IMG/VR virus record: IMGVR_UViG_3300028228_000217
DNA length: 20,000 nucleotides
Direction: 5' to 3' (one strand)
Origin: an uncultured virus (IMG/VR IMGVR_UViG_3300028228_000217)
Lineage: Duplodnaviria > Heunggongvirae > Uroviricota > Caudoviricetes
The position numbers and the translations under genes are program-made. The notes under the pieces are model-generated. The model was not told the DNA's origin. It saw only the letters and a program-made list of their open reading frames with translations, and did not search any database. Position 1 is the stretch's first letter; each line of letters opens with the position of its first letter. Shown here one piece after another: positions 7,584-16,209 of this stretch.

Positions 7584-10065
7584 AGAATGCCTCCAATGTT
7601 GCTTGTGGTTCTTCTTTCCAGTTTACAGCGTCCAGAATGAAACGCATAGGGTCAAGGAAAGTTTTCTGAAATTGTATATCATAATCAATATACTCTTGCA
7701 ATTTAAACTCTTCAGGTAGTGTGGTCATATAACTAATTACATCAAACTTAAATGGATTAGCAGGCTTAAGTTTGATAAATTTAATCTTATCTCCTTCTTG
7801 TATAATAGGATATTTACTTTGTAAACCTAGTCTATGTATTTGATAGTTGTAAACTAATGCACCTTTCACATGGATTGGTGTACCTTTAATAAAAATGTTT
7901 GCACTATCTTTATACTTTTTAAGATTGTTACAACTTCTAGGAAAGGCAATAGACTCTGCCGGTAATTGCATAAATTCTTTTCTAAAATCTGCAACAAGTT
8001 TATGTAAATCAGTTTCTTCTTTAGCCATGATAACCTTGATTGCCTCTTTAATCTTACCACGACAAACTTGTGGTGTAGATGACTTGACTGCCTCAATACC
8101 CATAAGTTTAAGTTTGGGGTCAGCAAGTCTAACTCCCTCATCATCAAGTACATTTAACATGTATCTTTTCTTTGCAACCCATATACCTTTATTGGCAACC
8201 ACTTCTCGTTTCATAACCATGGCATTTTTAAATGCGTTAGAATAATCTGCTAACTCATCAAAACATTTTTCAATAAATGGTTCAATCTTTTTGTCACAAA
8301 CTTTACCAAGAAAATCTATAATCTGTTCTTGACTTTTACCTTGACATGTTTTTTCTACAAGTTTATCAAATCTAACATAGATACTATCAGTATCAGAAGC
8401 AACAATATAATCTCGGTTTTCTCCACTTTGTAATATTTCATTTAAATATTTGTTTACCTTTTTCTCAATAAAACGAATAATAAATTGACCAGCAGTTGTA
8501 ATGCCGGCAGCCTGTCTAACATCATAGTATCTAAAGTATTGATTACCTACTGCACCATAAGCTGAGTTTAAGGCAATCTTCTTTGACCATTGAATGTTAT
8601 GGCACCTTGCAATCTCTTTGACAAGTTTAGGGTCTTTAGTCTTTTGATATTCGGCTTTCGCCTTCAACATTCTCTGTTTGAATACAACTCTTTCATTGTA
8701 CATTTTCTCCATCATTTCAGGAAGAAAACCTTGACTATCATTCTTAAACTTGGCACCGTTTGGTGTTATGCAAACTCCTTCTTGTTTAAGATTGTCAAGT
8801 GGTACAGTCATGTCAATCATTTTATTAACATTGACATTATAAGCTGATTCACCGAGTATCTTTTCAGGCGAAATATTGTATTGAATAATAATATGTGGAT
8901 ATAGTGAGTTAATATCAAACGAAACAATCCAGTCATGTTTACCTAGTATAGGTTCTTTAACATAAGCACCTTCATATTTCGTATCTTTAGTATTCTCTTG
9001 TCTTGGAGGAACACATATATTCTTTTTCATTAAATGATTAGCAATCAAGGTATCCCACACTCTAACTTGTGAGAATATGTCATCATAGTTTACCTTTGAA
9101 TCATATGCAACAGTAAGTGACAAGTCAATAAGACCTAACTTATCTTCTAATGCGTCAACAATTTCAACATCTTGAATATTGTAATCAACAAATGATTGAA
9201 AATCTTTAGTGTACCAATCTTTAAATGTATCAAAGCCGGCGTCATCTTTACCACGACCAAGTTCAACTTCACCAATATGGTCTAGTTTATAACTCTCTTG
9301 TCGTGTTGGAATAAACCACTTATACAAGTCTAGGTAATCTAACATAGAAATACCATAAAGATTGTAAGTAGTTTGTGGTCTACCATGTGTGATGACTTCA
9401 CCTTGGTTTACTATACCCCATGGCGACATCTTGTTTGCAACCGTTTCACCTGCAACCAATTTAATTCTGTTCATCAAGTATGGCAAATCAAAAAACTTGG
9501 TGTTCCAACCTGTGATAACATCTGGATAATTTTTAATCCAGAATTTCATAAACTCAAACATCAATTGTTTTTCGTCTTTACATTCAACATAAGTTACATC
9601 TAGTCGGTCAGTTACAAACTTACCTACACCCCATGTAATGATTTGTTTATTAGATTGATTTTTTACTGTAATACATAACAACTGTTCTTGTGGGTCTTGT
9701 ACATCTGGAAAACCACCTTCACAAGTTGTTTCAATATCAAGTGTAAAGATTTTAATATATTCTTTATCCCAATCAATATCTGTTGGATATTCTTGGCCAA
9801 TATATTGATAATGGTATCTTTCAAGACCATAGATAGGAGAATTTTGTGTTGCAATATCTTTACGAAATTTACGAGCTGCAAAAATATTGGTAAACTCAAT
9901 AGGTTTTAAAGATTGACCTTGTAGTGTTTTATAAACAGAGTCTTCTTGTGTTAATGAATATAAAGTAGGACCGAAATCAATTTTTTCTTTATACTCTTTA
10001 CCATTTAAGACACCTCGTATTAGAAGTTTGCCTCTGTGTTCAATTACATTTTTATAGAAGTTCAT
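7576..10065 (-). CDS. 43: Family B DNA polymerase (T4 gp43), uninterrupted
   Basis: ExoI DIET, ExoII GWNTKFFD, ExoIII YNIQD, polymerase motifs SFDINSLYP, KIALNSAYG, ASDTDS, KKRY; C-terminal clamp-binding-like TLEAFFG. Confidence 0.98.
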   Translation of the reverse strand: MNFYKNVIEHRGKLLIRGVLNGKEYKEKIDFGPTLYSLTQEDSVYKTLQGQSLKPIEFTNIFAARKFRKDIATQNSPIYGLERYHYQYIGQEYPTDIDWDKEYIKIFTLDIETTCEGGFPDVQDPQEQLLCITVKNQSNKQIITWGVGKFVTDRLDVTYVECKDEKQLMFEFMKFWIKNYPDVITGWNTKFFDLPYLMNRIKLVAGETVANKMSPWGIVNQGEVITHGRPQTTYNLYGISMLDYLDLYKWFIPTRQESYKLDHIGEVELGRGKDDAGFDTFKDWYTKDFQSFVDYNIQDVEIVDALEDKLGLIDLSLTVAYDSKVNYDDIFSQVRVWDTLIANHLMKKNICVPPRQENTKDTKYEGAYVKEPILGKHDWIVSFDINSLYPHIIIQYNISPEKILGESAYNVNVNKMIDMTVPLDNLKQEGVCITPNGAKFKNDSQGFLPEMMEKMYNERVVFKQRMLKAKAEYQKTKDPKLVKEIARCHNIQWSKKIALNSAYGAVGNQYFRYYDVRQAAGITTAGQFIIRFIEKKVNKYLNEILQSGENRDYIVASDTDSIYVRFDKLVEKTCQGKSQEQIIDFLGKVCDKKIEPFIEKCFDELADYSNAFKNAMVMKREVVANKGIWVAKKRYMLNVLDDEGVRLADPKLKLMGIEAVKSSTPQVCRGKIKEAIKVIMAKEETDLHKLVADFRKEFMQLPAESIAFPRSCNNLKKYKDSANIFIKGTPIHVKGALVYNYQIHRLGLQSKYPIIQEGDKIKFIKLKPANPFKFDVISYMTTLPEEFKLQEYIDYDIQFQKTFLDPMRFILDAVNWKEEPQATLEAFFG

Positions 10066-10381
10066 CTTTTCTTAATTTCACCGTTACATTATTTAATTCA
10101 TCATTTAGTTGTATCTGACATGCCAATCTTGACTTGTCTGCGATATAACCTTTCTCATATTCCAACAACTCTTGTTCTAAAGAGTTATCTTTTATCTTTA
10201 ACTGTGGCCATTGTAACACATCTACATAGATATGGCAAGTCGCACACGCACAACATCCACCACAGTCAGCAGGTATCTCTGGTAAATCCAGTTCTTTAGC
10301 TGCTTCCATGATGGTATAACCAACAGGTATCTCTGTCGATAATGTTTCACCATTCTCTCTTACAAAATTAACTTTTACCAT
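10052..10381 (-). CDS. fdx: 2Fe-2S ferredoxin (adrenodoxin/ISC type)
   Basis: CGGCCACATCH (C-x5-C-x2-C) and SRLACQ. Confidence 0.93.
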   Translation of the reverse strand: MVKVNFVRENGETLSTEIPVGYTIMEAAKELDLPEIPADCGGCCACATCHIYVDVLQWPQLKIKDNSLEQELLEYEKGYIADKSRLACQIQLNDELNNVTVKLRKDELL

Positions 10382-10386
10382 TGACC

Positions 10387-10701
10387 TTAGCCTGGTATAT
10401 TAGTTTCTGTTATAAGTCCTGATGGTTTAGTAATTATCTTACTTGTGTTTGCTTCGTAATTTGATTTGATGTCATCTTTAGGTTCTGTCATAAAGACAAT
10501 CTTATCTTTTGAAACCGTTACTGTATCATTTTTACCAAATGCATTATACAGCGACATCATTAATTGAATGGGTTGACCTGGTCCCTTTTGTTGTGGTATG
10601 ATTACAAATGGTTTATGTAAACTCACACCTTGGTCGTTTTCTCCTACTTTAGCAATTATATCTTCACCTGTACTCAATCTTAATAATTTCACTTCACTCA
10701 T
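10387..10701 (-). CDS. Conserved T4-like hypothetical protein (possible Sm-like fold)
   Basis: VKLLRLSTGEDIIAKV...LHKPFVI pattern; GGAG SD; recalled as the type of small gene found upstream of gene 43 in marine T4-like phages. Confidence 0.75.
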   Translation of the reverse strand: MSEVKLLRLSTGEDIIAKVGENDQGVSLHKPFVIIPQQKGPGQPIQLMMSLYNAFGKNDTVTVSKDKIVFMTEPKDDIKSNYEANTSKIITKPSGLITETNIPG

Positions 10702-10709
10702 ATTATCTC

Positions 10710-12095
10710 CTAATCTAAACTATATTTAGTTGTTACTACATATTTTCTTTGTGGGTTTACCATCACATTTAAACGATTCATAAACTCACGGTCAAGTAAG
10801 ATAGGTGTTCTATCTTCTCTATCATCAATGGTAAATTCTACATCTTTGTAGTAACCACCGGCGAATTCTACATCTAGTTTTACGACATATCGGTCTTCAT
10901 CATAATCTCTTAAACCACCAACTGATATTTTTTCTTTACGAATCACATCACTTGTTAATGTTTTACCTAGTAGTGACCAAGTAATAGTTTTGCCATTTGG
11001 TGACATTTTATCTGCATGAATAACTGGCATGCCTGAGTTACCTGTATCAAACTTTGATACAATTTCACCGAAAGGTTTAACGGTTAAGATTTCTTTATAA
11101 CCACACTCTGTTGGTACTGTATATCTATTTTCTTTCTTAGCAAAGTGTTGTATAACTTCCTTTGCAATGTTCATTTTAGAAGCTTCTTCAATACCCTCTG
11201 TACCTGGACTTGAATTTACTTCTAAGAAATAACATGGTTTATTTTCTCTGTCTTTACTTGGTATAAAGTCAACAGCAGTCCAATAACCACCAACTGCCTT
11301 AGCAGCCTTTAAACATTCTTTTATCTCTAAATCTGTTAGTTTATAATCTTTTGGTACTGAACCTTGTGATACATTTGACCTAAAATCTCCTTCAATAACA
11401 GGTCTCATCATAGAGGCTAATATTTTACCACCTAGTACATGCACTCTAACATCATACTCTGTTTTAATATACTCTTGCACCAATAGGTCAGCGTCTTCGT
11501 CTTGTTTATTAATAAGTTGTACAATTGAGTGTAAACTTTTAGGACTTTCAACAAACAATACACCAACACCTTTACTACCTCTAAGTGTTTTCATAATTAA
11601 AGGAAACTTAATACCAGCTTCTTCAACCATATCAACTGAGTTTTCGGGGTCATTGATTAACTTGGTCATTGGTTGTCTTAAACCATAATCTGCAAGTCTT
11701 AAAGAGGTTCTGTATTTGTCGGCACACATATTGATAGTAGTTCTTGGATTTACTAATGTTGCATTAGCCTTTTCAAGCATAGACACTAAGTCCATCCAAC
11801 TATCTTTTCTGACCACACTACCACGAATGATAGCAACTGTCATTGCACCTACTTCAAAACCTTTCTTATCGTCTTTGTTATGAAACTTACGGATACCATC
11901 TTCATAGGTTGTATAACCACCAGTTAACTTAAACAGATAGAATGGATAATTTAACTTCTTACATTCCTCTTGTAGTCTATCGGCAGTATGAAATTCTTTT
12001 GCACCCTCTGGCTCATCTGTAATAATGAGCAGACGCAAAAACTTTTTATTGTCTGTAGCTTCTTCTAAGTAATTTTTAAACGGTTGTACTTGCAT
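10710..12095 (-). CDS. rimK: RimK-family ATP-grasp ligase fused to a C-terminal retropepsin-like (RimB-like) protease domain
   Basis: CADKYRT, FPLIMKTLRGSKGVGV, LVQEYI, DVRVHV, FRSNVSQG, AVDFI, LEVNSSPG; then CGYKE...SKFDTGNSG...DRYVVKL...EFTIDDR...PILLDREFM. Confidence 0.88.
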   Translation of the reverse strand: MQVQPFKNYLEEATDNKKFLRLLIITDEPEGAKEFHTADRLQEECKKLNYPFYLFKLTGGYTTYEDGIRKFHNKDDKKGFEVGAMTVAIIRGSVVRKDSWMDLVSMLEKANATLVNPRTTINMCADKYRTSLRLADYGLRQPMTKLINDPENSVDMVEEAGIKFPLIMKTLRGSKGVGVLFVESPKSLHSIVQLINKQDEDADLLVQEYIKTEYDVRVHVLGGKILASMMRPVIEGDFRSNVSQGSVPKDYKLTDLEIKECLKAAKAVGGYWTAVDFIPSKDRENKPCYFLEVNSSPGTEGIEEASKMNIAKEVIQHFAKKENRYTVPTECGYKEILTVKPFGEIVSKFDTGNSGMPVIHADKMSPNGKTITWSLLGKTLTSDVIRKEKISVGGLRDYDEDRYVVKLDVEFAGGYYKDVEFTIDDREDRTPILLDREFMNRLNVMVNPQRKYVVTTKYSLD

Positions 12096-12516
12096 TGTTA
12101 CTATCTTCTGGTTTTTTACCTATATTATATTTAGCGACCATATTCCATTCACTTTTCTCTTTAAATGGTAATACTTTGATTTGACTTAATGGTGCCTTGT
12201 TTTCAACTAAAGAAGTATTAACTACCTCTATTAAATTCCAGTCTTGTAGTAGTAATGCTATTGTGTTTCTTCTTTCTATATCGTTTGCTGACAAACTAGA
12301 ATTCTTACCATCTAAGGCAAACAATTCTTTGAAGTGTGTTATGTAATATTTACCTTGTTTGTGTAAAATGTGACAACTTTGATATAGTGTTTTATCTTTA
12401 CGACTTGCAACACCAATTCGTGTCAAGGTTTCTCTGACTTTTAAGAAGTCATCTGGTTGCTTAATAGTGACCTCTAACATATCACTTTGCGACCATTTTA
12501 TAGTATCTTCACTCAT
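12076..12516 (-). CDS. regA: Translational repressor RegA
   Basis: PDDFLKVRETLTRIGVASRKDKTLYQSCHILHKQGKYYITHFKELFALDG; follows gene 62. Confidence 0.97.
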   Translation of the reverse strand: MSEDTIKWSQSDMLEVTIKQPDDFLKVRETLTRIGVASRKDKTLYQSCHILHKQGKYYITHFKELFALDGKNSSLSANDIERRNTIALLLQDWNLIEVVNTSLVENKAPLSQIKVLPFKEKSEWNMVAKYNIGKKPEDSNNASTTV

Positions 12517-12905
12517 TTTTTTCTCCCACCTTTATTCAGGCCAATTGTTATATTTTCAATTTGGGCGTCTGAAAGTAGGTTAAGAGCTTCTTTTGCTTTT
12601 TGATTACTATAACCATAATACTCTTTAATTACTTCAAGGTCTTTAACTTTCTTTTGTGAAAGCCACTTCCCACCAAATCGCTTCTTCTTTCGAATACTAT
12701 TTATAAAATAGTGGAATTGCATCCTTTTTGGCAGAAAGTGTAGTCCGTTCATCTCGTTACTATGCATAATTGTATCATAGAACATAGATAAACATTTGTT
12801 AATAATAAATGTAGGATACTTTTTCTCCCACACCGTGTCCTCTGTATCTAGTAATGGTTCTTTGGTTTCATTAATAGCTTTAAGATAGTCCTTCAGTTCA
12901 TACAT
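12513..12905 (-). CDS. 62: Clamp loader small subunit (T4 gp62)
   Basis: KKYPTFIINKCLS...NEMN...KKKRFGGKW...EYYGYSNQKAKEAL; between genes 44 and regA. Confidence 0.93.
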   Translation of the reverse strand: MYELKDYLKAINETKEPLLDTEDTVWEKKYPTFIINKCLSMFYDTIMHSNEMNGLHFLPKRMQFHYFINSIRKKKRFGGKWLSQKKVKDLEVIKEYYGYSNQKAKEALNLLSDAQIENITIGLNKGGRKK

Positions 12906-12914
12906 GATAGACCT

Positions 12915-13868
12915 CTATTTAAATTTACAGTTAGCCATAATCTCCGTCAAACACGCAACCATATTAATCTCTTGGTCTGCCACGAAAGCAGACTTGTACT
13001 GATAACCAGCAATGATTAATATTGATTGTGGAATAGAAGAAGATTCTAAAGACTTATACATTAACTCGTAAACACTAGTAAACAATGATGACGGTTCTTT
13101 GTCAAGATTATTAATAACCCATTTACGCATGTCATTAAATCTTTTTTCTTTTAAGATTTTGACCAGTTCTTTTGTATTTGCCTCAGATAAACTAAACAAA
13201 ATACCACTATCGACTTTACCTCTTACAGAATATCTTTGAAGTTCATTGATAGTCCGTCTAAAGTCTGGATAATATTTCTGAATTAACTCAGCTAATACTT
13301 TGGTATCATATTCAATACCTTCTTCATCAAGGACTTTGCCTAGCCTTTGTAATAACGCCTGTGCTGTCTTTACTCTTTGACCATTTTTAATGGCAAAGTC
13401 TATAACGGTACATCTACTATGCAAAGCAGGTAAAATCTTATTCTTGTAATTACAAGTAAAGATAAATCTACAGTTTTTGTAAAATGTTTCAATGAAGTTT
13501 CTTAAAGCAGGTTGTACGGACTCGGCATTCATATAGTCTGCCTCGTCAATAATCACAACTTTATGATTTGAATGTTCAGTTAATGATACAGTAGAAGCAA
13601 AGTTCTTAATCTTGTTTCTTAATGTATCAATCTGACGGCCTTCATCTGAACCGTTTATGATGATGTAATCTGCACCAAGTTCCTCACACAATGCACGAGC
13701 AACAGTAGTCTTACCAGTACCAGCAGTACCAGCTAATAACAGATTAGGTATTTCTTTTTGTTTTAAAAATTGAGTAAATGTAGTTTTTAACTCTTCCGTT
13801 AAAATACAATCCTCAATACGCTTTGGCCTGTAAGCTTCCACCCAAAGGAAGTCTTTTGACTTTTCCAT
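12915..13868 (-). CDS. 44: Clamp loader large subunit (T4 gp44)
   Basis: LWVEAYRP, GTAGTGKT, IIDEAD, SRC motif, YPDFRR. Confidence 0.97.
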   Translation of the reverse strand: MEKSKDFLWVEAYRPKRIEDCILTEELKTTFTQFLKQKEIPNLLLAGTAGTGKTTVARALCEELGADYIIINGSDEGRQIDTLRNKIKNFASTVSLTEHSNHKVVIIDEADYMNAESVQPALRNFIETFYKNCRFIFTCNYKNKILPALHSRCTVIDFAIKNGQRVKTAQALLQRLGKVLDEEGIEYDTKVLAELIQKYYPDFRRTINELQRYSVRGKVDSGILFSLSEANTKELVKILKEKRFNDMRKWVINNLDKEPSSLFTSVYELMYKSLESSSIPQSILIIAGYQYKSAFVADQEINMVACLTEIMANCKFK

Positions 13869-14475
13869 TCTTCACCTCTTTCATTATTATATAATTTTTA
13901 ACACCAGTTTTTCTACTTGCCTCACTAATAGATGCATAGTTTTTACCTTTATATTTAATAGGAACAGCATTTGATGGAGTTTTCCCATACATACCATTCT
14001 TTTTACCTCGGACTTTATCGGAGATTGATTTGATTTCTGCTTCAGTATAATTGTTCCATCTTTCTTTAGTTAATTTAGAAAGAGTGGATTTTTGTTCTTC
14101 ACTTTGTTTCTTACCCAACATTCCGTATGTAGCATATGATTCTCTAGTTTTAGTTTTATGATATTTTTTCATACTTTTTATAAAATTAATACTATTACTT
14201 GTATCTCCACCATCATTACCATTAGTCATATTATAATGAGGTTTTAGTTTAGAAATAGTATCAACTTCTAACAATTTAGATTTACCTTCTTTTATTAATT
14301 CAACATAAAAATTATCTTTTCCATTTTTTCTCATAGCTCTGTATAGATGTGTTTTCATATTTAAATTAAATGCATTATATAAATGTCTAGCAAATCTTTC
14401 TTCTAAAGATTTGGAGGTATATCCTATATAAAATTTTTTATTTACTTTATTTGTAATCTTGTATATTTTTATCAT
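13813..14475 (-). mobile_element. Free-standing GIY-YIG (Seg-like) homing endonuclease with NUMOD-type DNA-binding tail
   Basis: MIKIYKITNKVNKKFYIGYT...ERFARH...E...HYN; GMLGKKQSEEQK and GKKNGMYGK (NUMOD3-like); YASISEASRKTG (NUMOD1/HTH-like). Likely start is ATG 14475, not 14562. Very AT-rich; overlaps the gene 44 start by 56 nt. Confidence 0.9.
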
Positions 14476-14480
14476 ACAAG

Positions 14481-14488
14481 TATTTATA
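14481..14488 (-). promoter_or_regulatory. T4-type late promoter of the homing endonuclease
   Basis: TATAAATA separated from the ATG at 14475 by 5 nt. Confidence 0.75.
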
Positions 14489-14512
14489 AGACAGTAATTC
14501 TCTAAAAACCCA

Positions 14513-14860
14513 TTATTTATTTTCAATTGTAAACTTGTCAACGATTTCAGCATCAACATCATAACCGCCTTTATTCATTGTCCAACAATCTTCTTCACGG
14601 TCATAATCGTGCTCTGATACAAATTCTTGGACTTTATCAGCCAACTCTTTATCTTCTTGTGAAGATTTGTGATAATCGTTGCAATCAAAGTAAAGACCTT
14701 TTTCAAAGGTAGGTAAATCACCAAACTCCTTTATAATATCAGAAACAGCAATTTGTCTGTTAAGATAGTGTGTTGTTTGATGATATTCTCTGGTTTCTAC
14801 TTTGATATAGTCGTCTGAATTGTATTCGGTACCATCTTCTAGCTTATATGTATCGGACAT
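14513..14860 (-). CDS. Acidic hypothetical protein (115 aa)
   Basis: Likely start MSDTYKLEDG at 14860, 1 nt after the gp45 stop; the upstream part of the ORF-track call overlaps gp45. Confidence 0.75.
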   Translation of the reverse strand: MSDTYKLEDGTEYNSDDYIKVETREYHQTTHYLNRQIAVSDIIKEFGDLPTFEKGLYFDCNDYHKSSQEDKELADKVQEFVSEHDYDREEDCWTMNKGGYDVDAEIVDKFTIENK

Positions 14861-14861
14861 A

Positions 14862-15527
14862 TTAAAACTCACTATCAGGTTCGATTGCAATCCAATATTG
14901 AATTGGTTTGTTTCGATTGATAAAGTGTGAGATTTTTTGTGCTGAAATAGCCACATCATAATCATCTCTAATCATTTTAAAGTTCTCAGTTTTAAAATAA
15001 GCCGTAAAGGTCTTATCTGTTTCTCCGATAACAAATGAATAGTCATTTGACGCTGGCGTTTTCTTATCAGTTGCAACTAAACTAATCTCTTTACCATTAC
15101 CTTTTACTGCAATGTCTGGTAGATTAAGTGTTGTTACACCTTTCATTAATTTTTCAAAGACATCTTTCTTCAAAGAAAATGTTACATACTTATCAGGCAT
15201 GGTAATCATTTTAGACGGCGAAACTACCACCGACTTGTCTGCAAAATAATATTTGATTGATTGTTTACTATTACTATCTTTAATAGTTAGGTTTTGACCA
15301 CCATTAAATGCAAGGTCTGACTTATCAAATAAGTCAACAGCCCTTAAAAATTCTGGTAAATCGTAGATAGCAAACTCTTGTTCAAACTTTTCTGATACAT
15401 CAGCTTCAGCTAATATATTTTTTAAAGTTGAAATGGTTTGTAGTTGGTTGCCTGGCTTAACCAAAATATTCTGGTTAATATCTGAAAAGTTTTTCAGAAT
15501 AGCAATTGTATCACTAGTTATGTTCAT
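14862..15527 (-). CDS. 45: Sliding clamp (T4 gp45)
   Basis: TIAILKNFSDINQNILVKPG...FAIYDLPEFL...YWIAIEPDS; 221 aa; upstream of genes 44/62. Confidence 0.95.
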   Translation of the reverse strand: MNITSDTIAILKNFSDINQNILVKPGNQLQTISTLKNILAEADVSEKFEQEFAIYDLPEFLRAVDLFDKSDLAFNGGQNLTIKDSNSKQSIKYYFADKSVVVSPSKMITMPDKYVTFSLKKDVFEKLMKGVTTLNLPDIAVKGNGKEISLVATDKKTPASNDYSFVIGETDKTFTAYFKTENFKMIRDDYDVAISAQKISHFINRNKPIQYWIAIEPDSEF

Positions 15528-15553
15528 TATATAATCTCCGTTTCATAATTAAT

Positions 15554-15627
15554 TGGAGCGGAGTGATTGTACTGCCCAATCTTCTCTTGGTTGGAAACCA
15601 AGTGTGTTACTTTTATACTAACTCCGC
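15554..15627 (-). tRNA. tRNA-Gly(UCC) with non-canonical D and T loops, CCA encoded
   Basis: GCGGAGT TA GTAT AAAAGTA ACAC A CTTGG TTTCCAA CCAAG AGAA GATTG GGCAGTA CAATC ACTCCGC T CCA: perfect 7-bp acceptor, 5-bp anticodon and 5-bp T stems; U73. Confidence 0.92.
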
Positions 15628-15644
15628 ATTTGTTCATATTATAC

Positions 15645-15675
15645 ATTATACTCTAAAGGCGTCCTATTGTCAAGC
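15645..15675 (-). promoter_or_regulatory. Consensus sigma70 promoter driving tRNA-Gly and gene 45 onward
   Basis: GC-TTGACA-17 nt-TATAAT, a perfect consensus. Confidence 0.9.
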
Positions 15676-15685
15676 GTAGGACGCC
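15655..15685 (-). terminator. Hairpin downstream of hsp20, probable terminator
   Basis: GGCGTCCTA-10 nt loop-TAGGACGCC followed by TTTA; U-tract is short. Confidence 0.55.
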
Positions 15686-15698
15686 AATAGATTAAATG

Positions 15699-16151
15699 TT
15701 ATTTAATGTTGATTGTTCTAGCCTTTCTATGGTCTGGAACAATTTTCTCTAAAGAAACTGTTAAAAGGCCGTCTTTAAGTTCAGCACCTTTAACCTCAAC
15801 ATCTTCAGCAATAGTAAATGATTTCATAAAGTTTCTTTTAGCAATGCCTTTGTGTAATACTCCGTCATTTTCTTCTACTTCTTTTTCGTCTTTACTTTTT
15901 ACTGATTCGATTTTTAGGATATTATCCTCATAACTGATTGATACATCTTTCTTATTGTATCCAGCTAATGCCACTTGAATATCATATGTTAAAGAACCTG
16001 TCTTTACGATATTGTATGGTGGATAATTGTTAGCCGTCATGTGTGGTAGATGGTCAACCATATGGTCGAAATGGTCGAACATGTCGTCAAACCCCACGGT
16101 AAACGGCCTTAGTCCAGTAAAAATTGATTGAATTGCTTTGTGATTTGTCAT
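15699..16151 (-). CDS. hsp20: Small heat shock protein (Hsp20, IbpA-like)
   Basis: RPFTVGFD, NYPPYNIVK, ALAGY, LHKGIAKRNF..SFTIA, GAELKDGLLTVSLEKIVP, INIK tail. Confidence 0.96.
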   Translation of the reverse strand: MTNHKAIQSIFTGLRPFTVGFDDMFDHFDHMVDHLPHMTANNYPPYNIVKTGSLTYDIQVALAGYNKKDVSISYEDNILKIESVKSKDEKEVEENDGVLHKGIAKRNFMKSFTIAEDVEVKGAELKDGLLTVSLEKIVPDHRKARTINIK

Positions 16152-16205
16152 TTTAATCTCCTTTGTTAAGCAAGTTAATGTTTGATACCTCTTATGAGCG
16201 TATCA
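16152..16205 (-). promoter_or_regulatory. ROSE-like RNA thermometer in the hsp20 leader
   Basis: 5' hairpin TGATACGCTC-ATAA-GAGGTATCA, then CTTGCTT-AACA-AAGGAG: U(U/C)GCU motif pairing with the SD with a bulged G. Confidence 0.65.
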
Positions 16206-16209
16206 TAGT

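Noticed and set aside
7576..10065. Intein, split gene or specialised polymerase in gene 43
   Set aside because: Normal length, contiguous canonical motifs, no insertion.
13813..14562. GIY-YIG gene as part of a group I intron
   Set aside because: The flanking genes are intact and there is no room for a ribozyme core; it is free-standing.
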